Assembly: GCA_964618305.1 (NCBI GenBank)
Contig: CAZUAL010000002.1
Location: forward strand, 1-41,810
Direction of reading: 5' to 3'
DNA from: an uncultured Dongia sp.
Lineage (GTDB): Bacteria > Pseudomonadota > Alphaproteobacteria > Dongiales > Dongiaceae
DNA length: 41,810 nucleotides
Shown here: one piece after another, positions 17,785 through 26,855 of the stretch
Numbering within the stretch: the first letter of the stretch is position 1
Layout: the number at the start of each line of letters is the position of its first letter
Notes under the pieces: generated by a model
The model's input: the letters and a program-made list of their open reading frames with translations, nothing else
Told to the model about the DNA's origin: nothing
Databases searched by the model: none
Translations under genes and position numbers: made by a program

Positions 17785-19734
17785 TTAGGTTGAATGCAGT
17801 TCCGCCAGCCTAAGGCCCTCGGTGAACTTCTTGCGCGTATGCTCGTGCTTCAACGGCACAAAGCTGCAAATATTTTCAATGTTCTGATCCGGATAGAGTT
17901 CCTTGAGGCGCCTGCCATAGCCGCGCGCTTCCTCGTGGCGACCTAGATAGGCGTGCGACGCTGTTAGCAGTCTGACGACTGATTCCTGAGATTCCATTTT
18001 GCTGCAGAACTCTATGACCTTTTCATGGTCGTCGGCAAGAAAGGCCACACTGGCACCCGCCCACCAGAAATGATCTGGCGCAAATGGATTGAGATCGATC
18101 GCACGCTCAAAGCGCTGCAGTCCCGCTGCGGCATCGCCGAAGCAGGCCAGCGCGTCGGCGTGTTGCACCAGCAGATCGGCGGAATTCGGATTGAGCGCCT
18201 CTGCTTCCGAAAATTTCTCCTCGGAATAGTCGAAGTCGCGCTGATAAAGGGCAATGACGCCGGACATCATGTGATTGAACCCGGCGGCCGGGTCCATCTC
18301 GACGGAGCGGTCGACAAGTTCGCGGGCGCGCCGCAGCAGATCCGGATCGTCGCCGCCCAAGGTGATCCATTCCAGATAGAGGGTCTGGGCAATGCGGGCA
18401 TGGGCCAGGGAGAGGCCCTTGTTGAGCTCAATCGCCTGCTGGAACGAGCGGCGGGCCCGGCGGAGCTTGGGGAGGTCGCAATTCTTGAGCAGGTTCTGGC
18501 CGTCGAGATAGTGGAGATAGGCCTGGCTGTTGCCGTCGCGGCGCATGGCATCGAGCAGATGGCGTTCGACTTCGGCGGCGATGGAAGAGGCGACCTGCAG
18601 GGAAAGCAGGCGGAACGACCGCACCAGATCCTCAGGCCGGAAGGAGAACTCGCCCGCCCAGAGGATCTCACTGCTGCTGCAATCGGTCATGCGCAGCACC
18701 AGAAGCTGATCGCGCTCGCTCGGCTTGACGAAGCCGCTCACCGTGAAGTCGGCGCGCAGGACCGAATTGTCGATCGGCACGCCGGAATCGTGGGCGAGCT
18801 TGAACGAGGAATGCGGCGCCAGCGTCACGAAGGTGCGGTAGCGCGCCAGTTCGTTGGCGATATCCTCGACCAAGGCACCTACCAGCGCATTCTGCGACGG
18901 GTCCGCCGGCAAGATCCAGGCGGGTGCGAGGAAGGCGACGCGGGGCTGCGCGATGACGCGGCGCTCGCTCTGCGGTGCCGTTGCGACACTGCCGCCGCCG
19001 CGCCCGGCTAGGATGCGGCGCATGACGGCCGCTGTTTCCGGCTGCGGCGGTACGCCGAATTCGCGTTCCAGCATGGCGACGAGGGAGCGGTAGGTTCTCT
19101 CCGCTCCTTCAAACATGCCGTTGCGGCCATATGCCTCGATGAGGCTCCGATAGCTGGCCTCGCGTTCCGGGTCGAGGGCCAGCATGCGATCGGCGACGGC
19201 CCGGAGATCCTGTTCGGGCGCGCGGCCAAAACGCGTGAGTTCGATGAGGATCGACGACGCAGCAGAGAAGAACCGTTCGCGCAGGGCAGAGCGTTCGACG
19301 GTCAGCCAATGCGCAAAGGCATCCGTCGTCTCCGGGATTCCCTCTAGCAGGTCGCCGCGGAACAGCATGAGGCTGCGCAGCGCCTGTTCGGGAAAGCCGG
19401 AGCGGTAGCCGATTTCGAAGAGGTTGAGGTCAATGAGCGCACCGCCGCCGCCAAGCGCCACGGATTTCGCGTCGGAATCGATCAGCTCGTCATGGCCGCT
19501 GCTTGCCTTGCGTATCCGCGCCAGCAATTGGCGCAAATTGGCCAGGGCGGCCGCTTCGGTATCATTGTCCCACAGGAGTTGCGCGATTTCCTTGCGGCCC
19601 AGCCGCTTTGTGGGCGCGCGGGCGAGCAGGGCCAGCAACTGGAAGCCTTTGGCCGGAAAAAGCGCCGGCCCGGCCGGATGAACCATTTCCGGCACGCCAA
19701 GCAGGCGAATTTCAATATCTGATTCGAGCCCCAT
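17785..19734 (-). CDS. SARP-like regulator: wHTH + BTAD + TolB-like + TPR domains
   Basis: IRLLG, LLALLA, LLW and NLRQLLARIRK (SARP DNA-binding region); FRGDLLEG..FAHWLTVER and LDPEREASYRSLIEAY (BTAD); DIANELARYR and TPR repeats (AIELNKG, AEALNPNSAD, AIDLNPFAP). Start placed at 19734. Confidence 0.88.
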   Translation of the reverse strand: MGLESDIEIRLLGVPEMVHPAGPALFPAKGFQLLALLARAPTKRLGRKEIAQLLWDNDTEAAALANLRQLLARIRKASSGHDELIDSDAKSVALGGGGALIDLNLFEIGYRSGFPEQALRSLMLFRGDLLEGIPETTDAFAHWLTVERSALRERFFSAASSILIELTRFGRAPEQDLRAVADRMLALDPEREASYRSLIEAYGRNGMFEGAERTYRSLVAMLEREFGVPPQPETAAVMRRILAGRGGGSVATAPQSERRVIAQPRVAFLAPAWILPADPSQNALVGALVEDIANELARYRTFVTLAPHSSFKLAHDSGVPIDNSVLRADFTVSGFVKPSERDQLLVLRMTDCSSSEILWAGEFSFRPEDLVRSFRLLSLQVASSIAAEVERHLLDAMRRDGNSQAYLHYLDGQNLLKNCDLPKLRRARRSFQQAIELNKGLSLAHARIAQTLYLEWITLGGDDPDLLRRARELVDRSVEMDPAAGFNHMMSGVIALYQRDFDYSEEKFSEAEALNPNSADLLVQHADALACFGDAAAGLQRFERAIDLNPFAPDHFWWAGASVAFLADDHEKVIEFCSKMESQESVVRLLTASHAYLGRHEEARGYGRRLKELYPDQNIENICSFVPLKHEHTRKKFTEGLRLAELHST

Positions 19735-19831
19735 CCGGCAAAAACGCTGTCGCCCCCCAACTCTTTGATATTCTGTCTGAAAACAGAAAAATCCACAATC
19801 GAATTCATCTTTGCAGGCCGCATCCTCCGGC

Positions 19832-19851
19832 CAATTCACGCCGGTGTCACG
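19832..19851 (+). promoter_or_regulatory. Putative SARP-type operator, copy 2 (TCACG-N6-TCACG)
   Basis: CAATTCACGCCGGTGTCACG in the divergent intergenic region between the SARP gene and the PAS/LuxR gene; near-identical to 13206-13225. Confidence 0.6.
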
Positions 19852-19906
19852 TCGACTGCCGGACACTACACCCCGAAAATGAACGATTTGGTTAAGCGGG
19901 GTGAAG

Positions 19907-20611
19907 ATGGTCGAAACCGTCCGGCGTCTTCGAACAGGATGGGCAGGCGTGGAGCCGGCAATGGAAGCGCCAAGGCCGGGTGCAGTGCTGCCCACTGAAA
20001 TGGCAGCCCTCATCTGCCCGGATTGGCGCATGCCGTCCCTGGTGATCGCGGCTCCGGGCGGAGAAGTGGCCTATGCAAACACACCCTGCCTGCAGATGCT
20101 GGCGGCGCGTGACACGATCGAGATCGTCGATGGCCGCCTGTCGTTCCTGGCCCCCCAAATCACCGAGAAGTTCTTCAGCCTGCTGGAGCGCATGCTGGCC
20201 AACGGGCTGGAAGAGGCCACGCTGATCGAGCGCGACCGAGGCGGTGGGATCGTCATTTCCGCTCTCATCCGGAACATGCAGGGCTTCTTCCGCGACGTCG
20301 TCGCACGCCACGCGGGCGGATCCGACAGCACACGATTTGCCGTCATTGAACTGGCCAGCAGCCGTGACCGGCTGGCCTGGCCGGCAATGCGTGCCTTCGC
20401 GCAGGCCTTTGATCTCAGCACGCCCGAGGCGGAAATCGCGGAACTGATGACGCAGGGCCTGTCGGACGAGGAAATGTCCGTCACGAATAAGCGGTCGCTT
20501 ACGGATGTGCGCTCGCTGCAGCGGAGCCTCTTCAGGAAAACCAATTGCCGGCACGCGGCGCAGTTCGTGCGGCTTGTCATGACCCTTTGCCCGCCGGCGC
20601 GGTCCGCATGA
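19907..20611 (+). CDS. PAS-like + LuxR-type HTH transcriptional regulator (no receiver domain)
   Basis: GEVAYANTPCLQML (PAS-like); FDLSTPEAEIAELMTQGLSDEEMS...VRSLQRSLFRKTNCRHAAQFVRLV (LuxR HTH). Exact start uncertain. Confidence 0.8.
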   Translation: MVETVRRLRTGWAGVEPAMEAPRPGAVLPTEMAALICPDWRMPSLVIAAPGGEVAYANTPCLQMLAARDTIEIVDGRLSFLAPQITEKFFSLLERMLANGLEEATLIERDRGGGIVISALIRNMQGFFRDVVARHAGGSDSTRFAVIELASSRDRLAWPAMRAFAQAFDLSTPEAEIAELMTQGLSDEEMSVTNKRSLTDVRSLQRSLFRKTNCRHAAQFVRLVMTLCPPARSA

Positions 20612-22200
20612 GGGAAAAGGCTGACACGAAGCCGTGGGCTGAGCTGCTGAGCCGCCGCTCCGCGATGTCATGGGTGGTTGCGGCACTCCTCTGTCTCGCG
20701 ATCGTCGGCATTGCCGCCTTCCTGCTGGTCAATGATTATCGTGCCGTCGAGGCGGAGGGGCAGCAGCGCGCCGACAATCTCGCGGGGATCGCCGCGGCGC
20801 AGATGACCTCCACGCTGAGTGCGCTCGATGTGGGATTGCGGATGGTCGAAATGCCCGAAGCTGGGGCGGGGAACGGCAACCGCGAGGCTGCGCTTGACCG
20901 TCTGGCGGATGCGATTCCCGCGATCAGCGATCTCCGCTTCATCGATACTGGCGCTGCGGCGCATATTGCAAAGGCTGCGGACCGGGAGACTTTGCTTCAT
21001 CACGAAAACGACACCGATACCGGCGTGCGTTTCAGCCGGCTCGGGCAGGACGGCGGCACCTTGCTTTTTTCTCGGCGGCTCAGTGGCGGCGACGGCTATT
21101 TCGCCGGCATCGTGATCGGCCATCTTGATGTCGGTTATTTCTCAGGATTTTTGCGGGATCTTGGCGCCGATTCCGCGACTTTGCGTCTTGCCGGCCAATC
21201 CCGGCTGACGCTGTTCGGCCGCGATGGCAATCCCAGCGGAACCGCGCCATTCACCGCCGCCGCGACCTTGAATGGCTATCCCCTGTCGGTCGAGATCGGG
21301 CTGGATCGGCAGAAGCTGATGGCCGCCTGGGAAAGCCGGCGCAATGTTGGCATCGCCCTGGTCTTCGTTCTCTTGATCCTGGTGCTCGGCGCCGTGATCG
21401 CCTACCGCCAGCATGCGACACAGGCGCTGACCCTGGCCGGCCTTGAGGCCATGACCAAGATGGAGGCGGCGGCACGCCGGCGCGCCGACGAGATCAGCCG
21501 CCGCAAGTCGGACTTCATTTCGAACATGAGCCATGAATTGCGGACGCCCCTGAATGCCATCATCGGCTTCTCGGAAGTGATCAAGGAGGAATCCTTCGGG
21601 CCGGTCGGCCTGCCGCGCTACCGCGAGTATGCCGATGACATCCACTACAGCGCCCAGCACCTGTTGGCCGTCATCAACAACATTCTGGACCTCTCCAAGG
21701 TCGAGGCGGGCAAGTGGCAGATTTCAGACGACAAGGTCGATCTTGGCGAACTCATCAGCTCGCTCACGCGCCTTGCGGCCGAGCGCGCGACACGCGAGAA
21801 TGTCCAGCTTGCCATCGCCGCCGCCCCGGACGACATCGTCATCCGGGGTGACAAGCGCACGCTGCTTCAGATCATGCTCAACCTCACGATCAATGCGATC
21901 AAGTTCGCCGGGCCGGATCGCTGCGTGGATCTGGGCGTCAGCCGTCTGGGCGACGGCAGTCTCGCGATCGATGTCGCCGATCACGGCAATGGAATGACGA
22001 AGGAAGAGCAAATGCTGGCGATGCGTCCGTTCGATGCGCCGAACACGGACAAGCGCAAGCAGGACACCGGGCTTGGCCTCCCGCTTGCCGCGGCTTTCGC
22101 CGAACTGCATGGCGGGCGGGTCGAATTGCAGAGTGCGCCGGGTGCCGGTACGACCGCGCGTCTCATCCTGCCGGCCGCGCGCGTGCAAGGATCCTGCTAG
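20608..22200 (+). CDS. Membrane sensor histidine kinase (PleC/DivJ-like HisKA)
   Basis: Two TM helices flank a periplasmic domain; H-box FISNMSHELRTPLNAIIGFSE, N-box NLTINAIKF, DHGNGM and DTGLGL. ATG 20608 overlaps the upstream stop. Confidence 0.92.
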   Translation: MREKADTKPWAELLSRRSAMSWVVAALLCLAIVGIAAFLLVNDYRAVEAEGQQRADNLAGIAAAQMTSTLSALDVGLRMVEMPEAGAGNGNREAALDRLADAIPAISDLRFIDTGAAAHIAKAADRETLLHHENDTDTGVRFSRLGQDGGTLLFSRRLSGGDGYFAGIVIGHLDVGYFSGFLRDLGADSATLRLAGQSRLTLFGRDGNPSGTAPFTAAATLNGYPLSVEIGLDRQKLMAAWESRRNVGIALVFVLLILVLGAVIAYRQHATQALTLAGLEAMTKMEAAARRRADEISRRKSDFISNMSHELRTPLNAIIGFSEVIKEESFGPVGLPRYREYADDIHYSAQHLLAVINNILDLSKVEAGKWQISDDKVDLGELISSLTRLAAERATRENVQLAIAAAPDDIVIRGDKRTLLQIMLNLTINAIKFAGPDRCVDLGVSRLGDGSLAIDVADHGNGMTKEEQMLAMRPFDAPNTDKRKQDTGLGLPLAAAFAELHGGRVELQSAPGAGTTARLILPAARVQGSC

Positions 22201-23303
22201 GCGAAATCCGGCAGGATCACTTCCAGGAATTCGCTGCCCGTCTCCGCGGTGATGCCATAGGCGGCGCCGGCCGGGATGACGACGCTCTCGTTCACGTCCA
22301 GCCGGTGGCGGCCGAGCGCGGTGCCGCCAATCTCGAGCGCGCCTTTGAGGACGAAGAAGAACAGGAACTCGCCACCATGCGGATCGGCGGGGGCCGTACC
22401 TTTCCCGAGCGCGCGCACCACACGCACGCCGGCAAGGCCATCCGTCGCGGCGCCAATGCCGATGTCGCGCGCCTCGAAACCGGCGAGCCGCCAGTTCTCC
22501 CAACTCGCCTTCGCCGCGATGTGGCGCACAAAGCGCTGATCGCCATAATAGCGTCCGGGAACGACGCGGCCGGTCGGCAGTTCCATGATCTGATCGGCGT
22601 GCGTTTCATGGATGGCCGGGCAGCCAATCTCGATCACTTCGAGTCCCGGCGAAGCTTCCAGCACGCGGTGCCGGATTTCCGGCGGCTGCAGCACGCAATC
22701 CCCGGCCTTCATCACGAACGGCTCGCCCTGATCCTCGTAGACGACCTTCACCCAGCCCGCCCGGCAGAAGATCATCTGGAAGCGGATCTTGTGGAAATGC
22801 ACATAATCCGGCACCGGCCCGCCGTCGGGAATGCGGATATGCGAGGCGATGAAGCGCCCGCCGAGGCGGCTCGGGATCAGGTCTCGGTATTGCATCCCGG
22901 CGCGCCCCGTCCCCCAGGCTTCCTTGCCGGCCCGCGTGATGACGAATTCCTGCGTTCCTTCCGGAATGACGAGGGGCGGCTGGGCATCGGCGATCTGAAT
23001 GCGGGTTCCGCCTGGGGCAATCAATTCTTCTGGTGCGCCGGCGGGCAACTGACCAAGGTCACATAGCAAGCGCAATTGCAGCGGCGATTGGTTGCCGGCA
23101 TCGGCGCGTCGTTCCAGACGCAGGGCAACGCCGTGGCCTGACACGACAGCGACGCTCGGTGAATCAGCCGGCATGATGAGGTTCACTTTGAAGCCGAGCC
23201 GCCGCGTGAAGAAGTCGAGCTCGGCGGCAAGATCGCTGCAGGGAAGCACGATCTGCGCGGCACGCACCTGCGGCGCGATCATCATATCGGTCTTGGTGTT
23301 CAT
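22197..23303 (-). CDS. VOC-like + cupin domain protein
   Basis: N-terminal LDFFTRRLGFKV (VOC-like); cupin motifs DYVHFHKIRFQMIFC and GDCVLQPPEIRHRV; second cupin-like segment HGGEFLFFFVLKG. Start placed at 23303. Confidence 0.8.
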   Translation of the reverse strand: MNTKTDMMIAPQVRAAQIVLPCSDLAAELDFFTRRLGFKVNLIMPADSPSVAVVSGHGVALRLERRADAGNQSPLQLRLLCDLGQLPAGAPEELIAPGGTRIQIADAQPPLVIPEGTQEFVITRAGKEAWGTGRAGMQYRDLIPSRLGGRFIASHIRIPDGGPVPDYVHFHKIRFQMIFCRAGWVKVVYEDQGEPFVMKAGDCVLQPPEIRHRVLEASPGLEVIEIGCPAIHETHADQIMELPTGRVVPGRYYGDQRFVRHIAAKASWENWRLAGFEARDIGIGAATDGLAGVRVVRALGKGTAPADPHGGEFLFFFVLKGALEIGGTALGRHRLDVNESVVIPAGAAYGITAETGSEFLEVILPDFA

Positions 23304-23365
23304 GATCTCATCCCTGGCTTTGATGTTGGGACGATTCTTAGTCTTCTTGGCGCCGGACGGCAATT

Positions 23366-24112
23366 TCAGCGGTGGATGGCAAAAGCGCGTGCCGGAAAGC
23401 CGGATCCGTTCTTCGGCTTGGGCCAAGTGGCGCAGATGAGCGCGCCGGCGGGTGGCACGCGGTCGAGATTGGTCAGCAGCTCGATCTGCCAGCGATCCTG
23501 CGACAAGACGTAGCGTTCCAGGCTGTCGTCGCCACGGGAGACGGAAAGGCCTGGATCCGTATCGAGCTGCTCGTGACCGATGGCCCGCACGCCGCGCTCC
23601 TCGATCAGCATCGTCAGAACGTCGCGCGACCAGCCTGGGCAATGCGATAGTCCGTCGCCGCCCTTGTTTTGCATCCGTCCCTGATCCGGCCAGCGCTGCG
23701 ACCAGTCCGTGCGCAGTGCAACAAAGCTGCCGGCCGGGATGCGGCCGAAGGCATCTTCCCACGCCGCGACATCGGAAAGGATTGGAACGGCATCCGGATC
23801 GGCGGCCGCACGCGCGCTGATGTCGAGGATGACGAGGGGCAAAAGCATCTCCTTGACCGGAATGGCGTCGAGCGGCCGGCCACCTTCTATGTAGTGAACC
23901 GGTGGATCGACATGCGTACCCCACTGGCCGACATGGGTATAGAGATGCACCTGGCAATCGTGTCCCTTGGCGTAATCCTGCAGTGCCTCTCTTCCCTCAT
24001 CGGGAAAGTCCGGAAATTTCGGCTGTCCAGGAAAGAAGGCGTGGGTGAGATCGGTGAAATTGGCTCCAGCCAATTGATCGCGGTAGATCTGCCACAGGCC
24101 GGGTGCTGCCAT
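23366..24112 (-). CDS. Cyclase family (kynurenine formamidase-like) metallohydrolase
   Basis: DLTH, GQWGTHVDPPVH, ALRTDWS, WQIELLTNLD and GSGFPARAFA motifs. Confidence 0.9.
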   Translation of the reverse strand: MAAPGLWQIYRDQLAGANFTDLTHAFFPGQPKFPDFPDEGREALQDYAKGHDCQVHLYTHVGQWGTHVDPPVHYIEGGRPLDAIPVKEMLLPLVILDISARAAADPDAVPILSDVAAWEDAFGRIPAGSFVALRTDWSQRWPDQGRMQNKGGDGLSHCPGWSRDVLTMLIEERGVRAIGHEQLDTDPGLSVSRGDDSLERYVLSQDRWQIELLTNLDRVPPAGALICATWPKPKNGSGFPARAFAIHR

Positions 24113-24263
24113 TTCTCACCGTCTCCCGTCGATTTTTCGGCAGTTCGCTCCGCCGCGCCATCATTATATTGCTCGCCCATTATGTTGCCTTTATCTGTGC
24201 TGTAAAGCTGTGGCACGTTGCGACAACGAAGCTGATTCACCGACCCATCGAAAGAGCGCGATC

Positions 24264-25232
24264 ATGAGCCAGAACGCCTATGAAACCGGCCGCCTCAACC
24301 TGCCCTTCGTCGGGCATTGCACTTTTGCCAAGCAGCCGATCTGCACCGACTGGGACAATATCAACGCCGATGTCGCGGTCCTGGGCGTACCCTATGACAT
24401 GGGCACGCAATACCGGTCCGGCGCGCGTTTCGGTCCGCGCGCCATCCGCGAGGCGTCGACGCTCTTTTCCTTTGGCCATGGCGGTGCCTACGATTTCGAG
24501 GATGATGTTGTCTACCTGCCGACGGACCGGGTGAAGATCGTCGACATGGGGGATGCGGATATCGTTCACACCGACACGGTGAAGAGTCACGAGAACACGC
24601 GTTACGCCGTCCGCAAGATCCTGAAATCGGGTGCCATGCCGCTCATCCTCGGCGGCGATCACGCGGTGCATGCGCCGGTCATCGAAGCCTTTGCGGGCCA
24701 GGAGCCGGTGCATATCGTTCATTTCGATGCGCATCTCGATTTCGTCGATGAGCGGCATGGTGTGCGCTATGGGCATGGCAATCCCTTGCGCCGGGCGTCA
24801 GAGACCGGTCACGTCACCGGCATGACCCAGCTCGGCATCCGCAATGTCTCCTCCTCCAACCGGTCCGACTATGACGCGGCGCGGAAATTCGGCTCCAAGA
24901 TCCTCTCGGTCCGGCATGTGCGCAAGTTGGGCACGCAGGGTGTCCTCGATCTCATCCCCAAAGGCGTGCGCTACTACGTCACCATCGATATCGACGGGTT
25001 CGACCCCTCGATCGCGCCCGGCACGGGAACGCCGAGCCATGGCGGCTTTCTCTATTACGAAGTGCTGGAGATCCTGCAGGGGCTGGCGAAGCAGGGGGAT
25101 GTCGTCGGCATGGACCTGGTCGAGGTGGCGCCGCCCTATGATCCGACCGGGATCACTGGTTTTCTGGCCGCGCAATTGCTAATGAATTTCCTCGGTTTCA
25201 TCTTCGAGGCGCGCCATCAGCGCGGCCGTTGA
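24264..25232 (+). CDS. speB: Agmatinase-like ureohydrolase
   Basis: GARFGPRAIR, GGDH, HFDAHLD, TIDIDGFDP..APGTGTP and DLVEVAP metal-binding motifs; exact substrate uncertain. Confidence 0.85.
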   Translation: MSQNAYETGRLNLPFVGHCTFAKQPICTDWDNINADVAVLGVPYDMGTQYRSGARFGPRAIREASTLFSFGHGGAYDFEDDVVYLPTDRVKIVDMGDADIVHTDTVKSHENTRYAVRKILKSGAMPLILGGDHAVHAPVIEAFAGQEPVHIVHFDAHLDFVDERHGVRYGHGNPLRRASETGHVTGMTQLGIRNVSSSNRSDYDAARKFGSKILSVRHVRKLGTQGVLDLIPKGVRYYVTIDIDGFDPSIAPGTGTPSHGGFLYYEVLEILQGLAKQGDVVGMDLVEVAPPYDPTGITGFLAAQLLMNFLGFIFEARHQRGR

Positions 25233-25260
25233 AGAATTTCATTCATTCGGAGTGGCGTAA

Positions 25261-26532
25261 ATGACCTATGATGTCGGCGCGATCCGCGCCCAGTTTCCCG
25301 GCCTGAAGCGCCTGCACAAGGGCGAACCGGCGGTCTTTTTCGACAATCCCGCCGGCACGCAGATGGCGAAGCAGTCGATCGACCGCATGGTCTGGGCGAT
25401 GACGGAGGTCAACGCCAATCTGGGCGGCCAGTTCGAAACCTCGATCCTCGCCGGCAAGCTGGTCGACGACGCGCACGAGGCAGCCAAGGATTTCATTAAC
25501 GCTGCCAGCGTCGAGGAAATCGTGTTCGGGCAGAACATGACGACGCTCACCTTCATGATGTCGCGCACGCTCGGGCGCACGTTCAAGGAAGGTGACGAGA
25601 TCGTCGTTTCGCGCATGGATCATGACGGCAACGTGACGCCCTGGCTGATCATGGCGGAAGAACGCGGCCTCAAGGTCAAATGGCTGGATTTCAGCCCGGA
25701 GACGTTCGAGTTCGATCTGGCGCAGGTGGGCAAGGTGGTGACCGACCGCACGCGCATCGTCGCTGTCGGTTATGCCAGCAATGTCACCGGCACGATCAAC
25801 AATGTGAAGGCGATCGCCGCGGCGGCAAAGGCCGCGAGCAATGGCAAGGCACTGGTCTATGTCGATGCCGTCCAGTTCGCACCGCACGGCGTTATCGACG
25901 TTCAGGACATCGGCTGCGACTTCCTGGTCTGCTCGGCCTACAAATTCTATGGCCCCCATTACGGACTGCTTTGGGGGCGGCGGGAGCTTCTCGAAAAGCT
26001 GTGGGCCTACAAGGTGCGGGCGGCGACCGACGAATTGCCGTCGAAATTCGTGACCGGCACGACCAACCGCGAGGAACTGGCGGGCATCATGGGCGCCGTC
26101 GAATACTACGAATGGCTCGGCAAGAATTTCGGTGGCGCCACCGATCCGACACTCACTCGCCGCCAGCGCATCGTCGCCGGGGTGGAGGCCATGCTGCGCC
26201 ACGATCTCGGCCTGGCCGAGCGGCTGATTGCCGGCCTCGAGCAGGTCAAGAACGTCCGCATCATGGGCATCACCGACCGCAAGGCCTTTGCCCGCCGCGT
26301 ACCGACCGTTTCCTTCGTCATGGATGGCTGCGACCCGACCGAAGTCGCCAAGTTCATGGCCGATGAGGGCATCTATGTGTGGGACGGCCACAATTATGGC
26401 GTCGAGCCCGTGACGCGTCTCGGCCTCATCGACAAGGGCGGCGTCGTCCGCGTGGGCCCCACGCATTACAACAGTCCGGGCGAGATCGACCGCTTCCTTG
26501 GGGCGCTCAACATATATTTACAAAGGCGCTGA
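25261..26532 (+). CDS. Cysteine desulfurase-like class V PLP enzyme (VC1184-type, lacks the catalytic Cys)
   Basis: FFDNPAGTQ, DHDGNVTPW, VDAVQ and CSAYKFYGPH (PLP Lys); WDGHNYG where SufS has RxGHHC. Confidence 0.85.
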   Translation: MTYDVGAIRAQFPGLKRLHKGEPAVFFDNPAGTQMAKQSIDRMVWAMTEVNANLGGQFETSILAGKLVDDAHEAAKDFINAASVEEIVFGQNMTTLTFMMSRTLGRTFKEGDEIVVSRMDHDGNVTPWLIMAEERGLKVKWLDFSPETFEFDLAQVGKVVTDRTRIVAVGYASNVTGTINNVKAIAAAAKAASNGKALVYVDAVQFAPHGVIDVQDIGCDFLVCSAYKFYGPHYGLLWGRRELLEKLWAYKVRAATDELPSKFVTGTTNREELAGIMGAVEYYEWLGKNFGGATDPTLTRRQRIVAGVEAMLRHDLGLAERLIAGLEQVKNVRIMGITDRKAFARRVPTVSFVMDGCDPTEVAKFMADEGIYVWDGHNYGVEPVTRLGLIDKGGVVRVGPTHYNSPGEIDRFLGALNIYLQRR

Positions 26533-26579
26533 GCCTGGCGTGCTAGTCTCGATCCTCCGTGAAAGCCGAGGACCGATCG

Positions 26580-26855
26580 ATGTCTTGCCGCCTGTTCTCA
26601 GCCTTGATCCTGTGCGTAGCGCGCGCCCAGCCGGCTTCCGCGCAATCGACCGACGATGCCGAGCGGCTGGCGGGCGAGGGCCTGGCCAAGATCTTGGAAG
26701 CGCTCGACCTGTTGCTGAAGACGATCCCGCAATACGCGGCGCCCGAGGTGCAGCCCAACGGCGACATCATCATCCGGCGGCTGCATCCGGAAGAGGCGCC
26801 GAAGAAGGCCCCCGAGGAAGAAGATGACGAACCAGGCGACGGCACCGAGACTTGA
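26580..26855 (+). CDS. Small exported hypothetical protein
   Basis: Signal peptide and YAAPEVQPNGDIIIRR motif, which recurs in small alphaproteobacterial proteins. Confidence 0.75.
   Translation: MSCRLFSALILCVARAQPASAQSTDDAERLAGEGLAKILEALDLLLKTIPQYAAPEVQPNGDIIIRRLHPEEAPKKAPEEEDDEPGDGTET

Noticed and set aside
24211-24226. TGGCAC upstream of the agmatinase as a sigma-54 promoter
   Set aside because: The TTGC element is not at the required -24/-12 spacing.
25261-26532. Desulfurase homologue as the sulfur donor for YcaO-TfuA
   Set aside because: It lacks the persulfide-forming Cys (GHNYG) and lies about 8 kb away in another operon.
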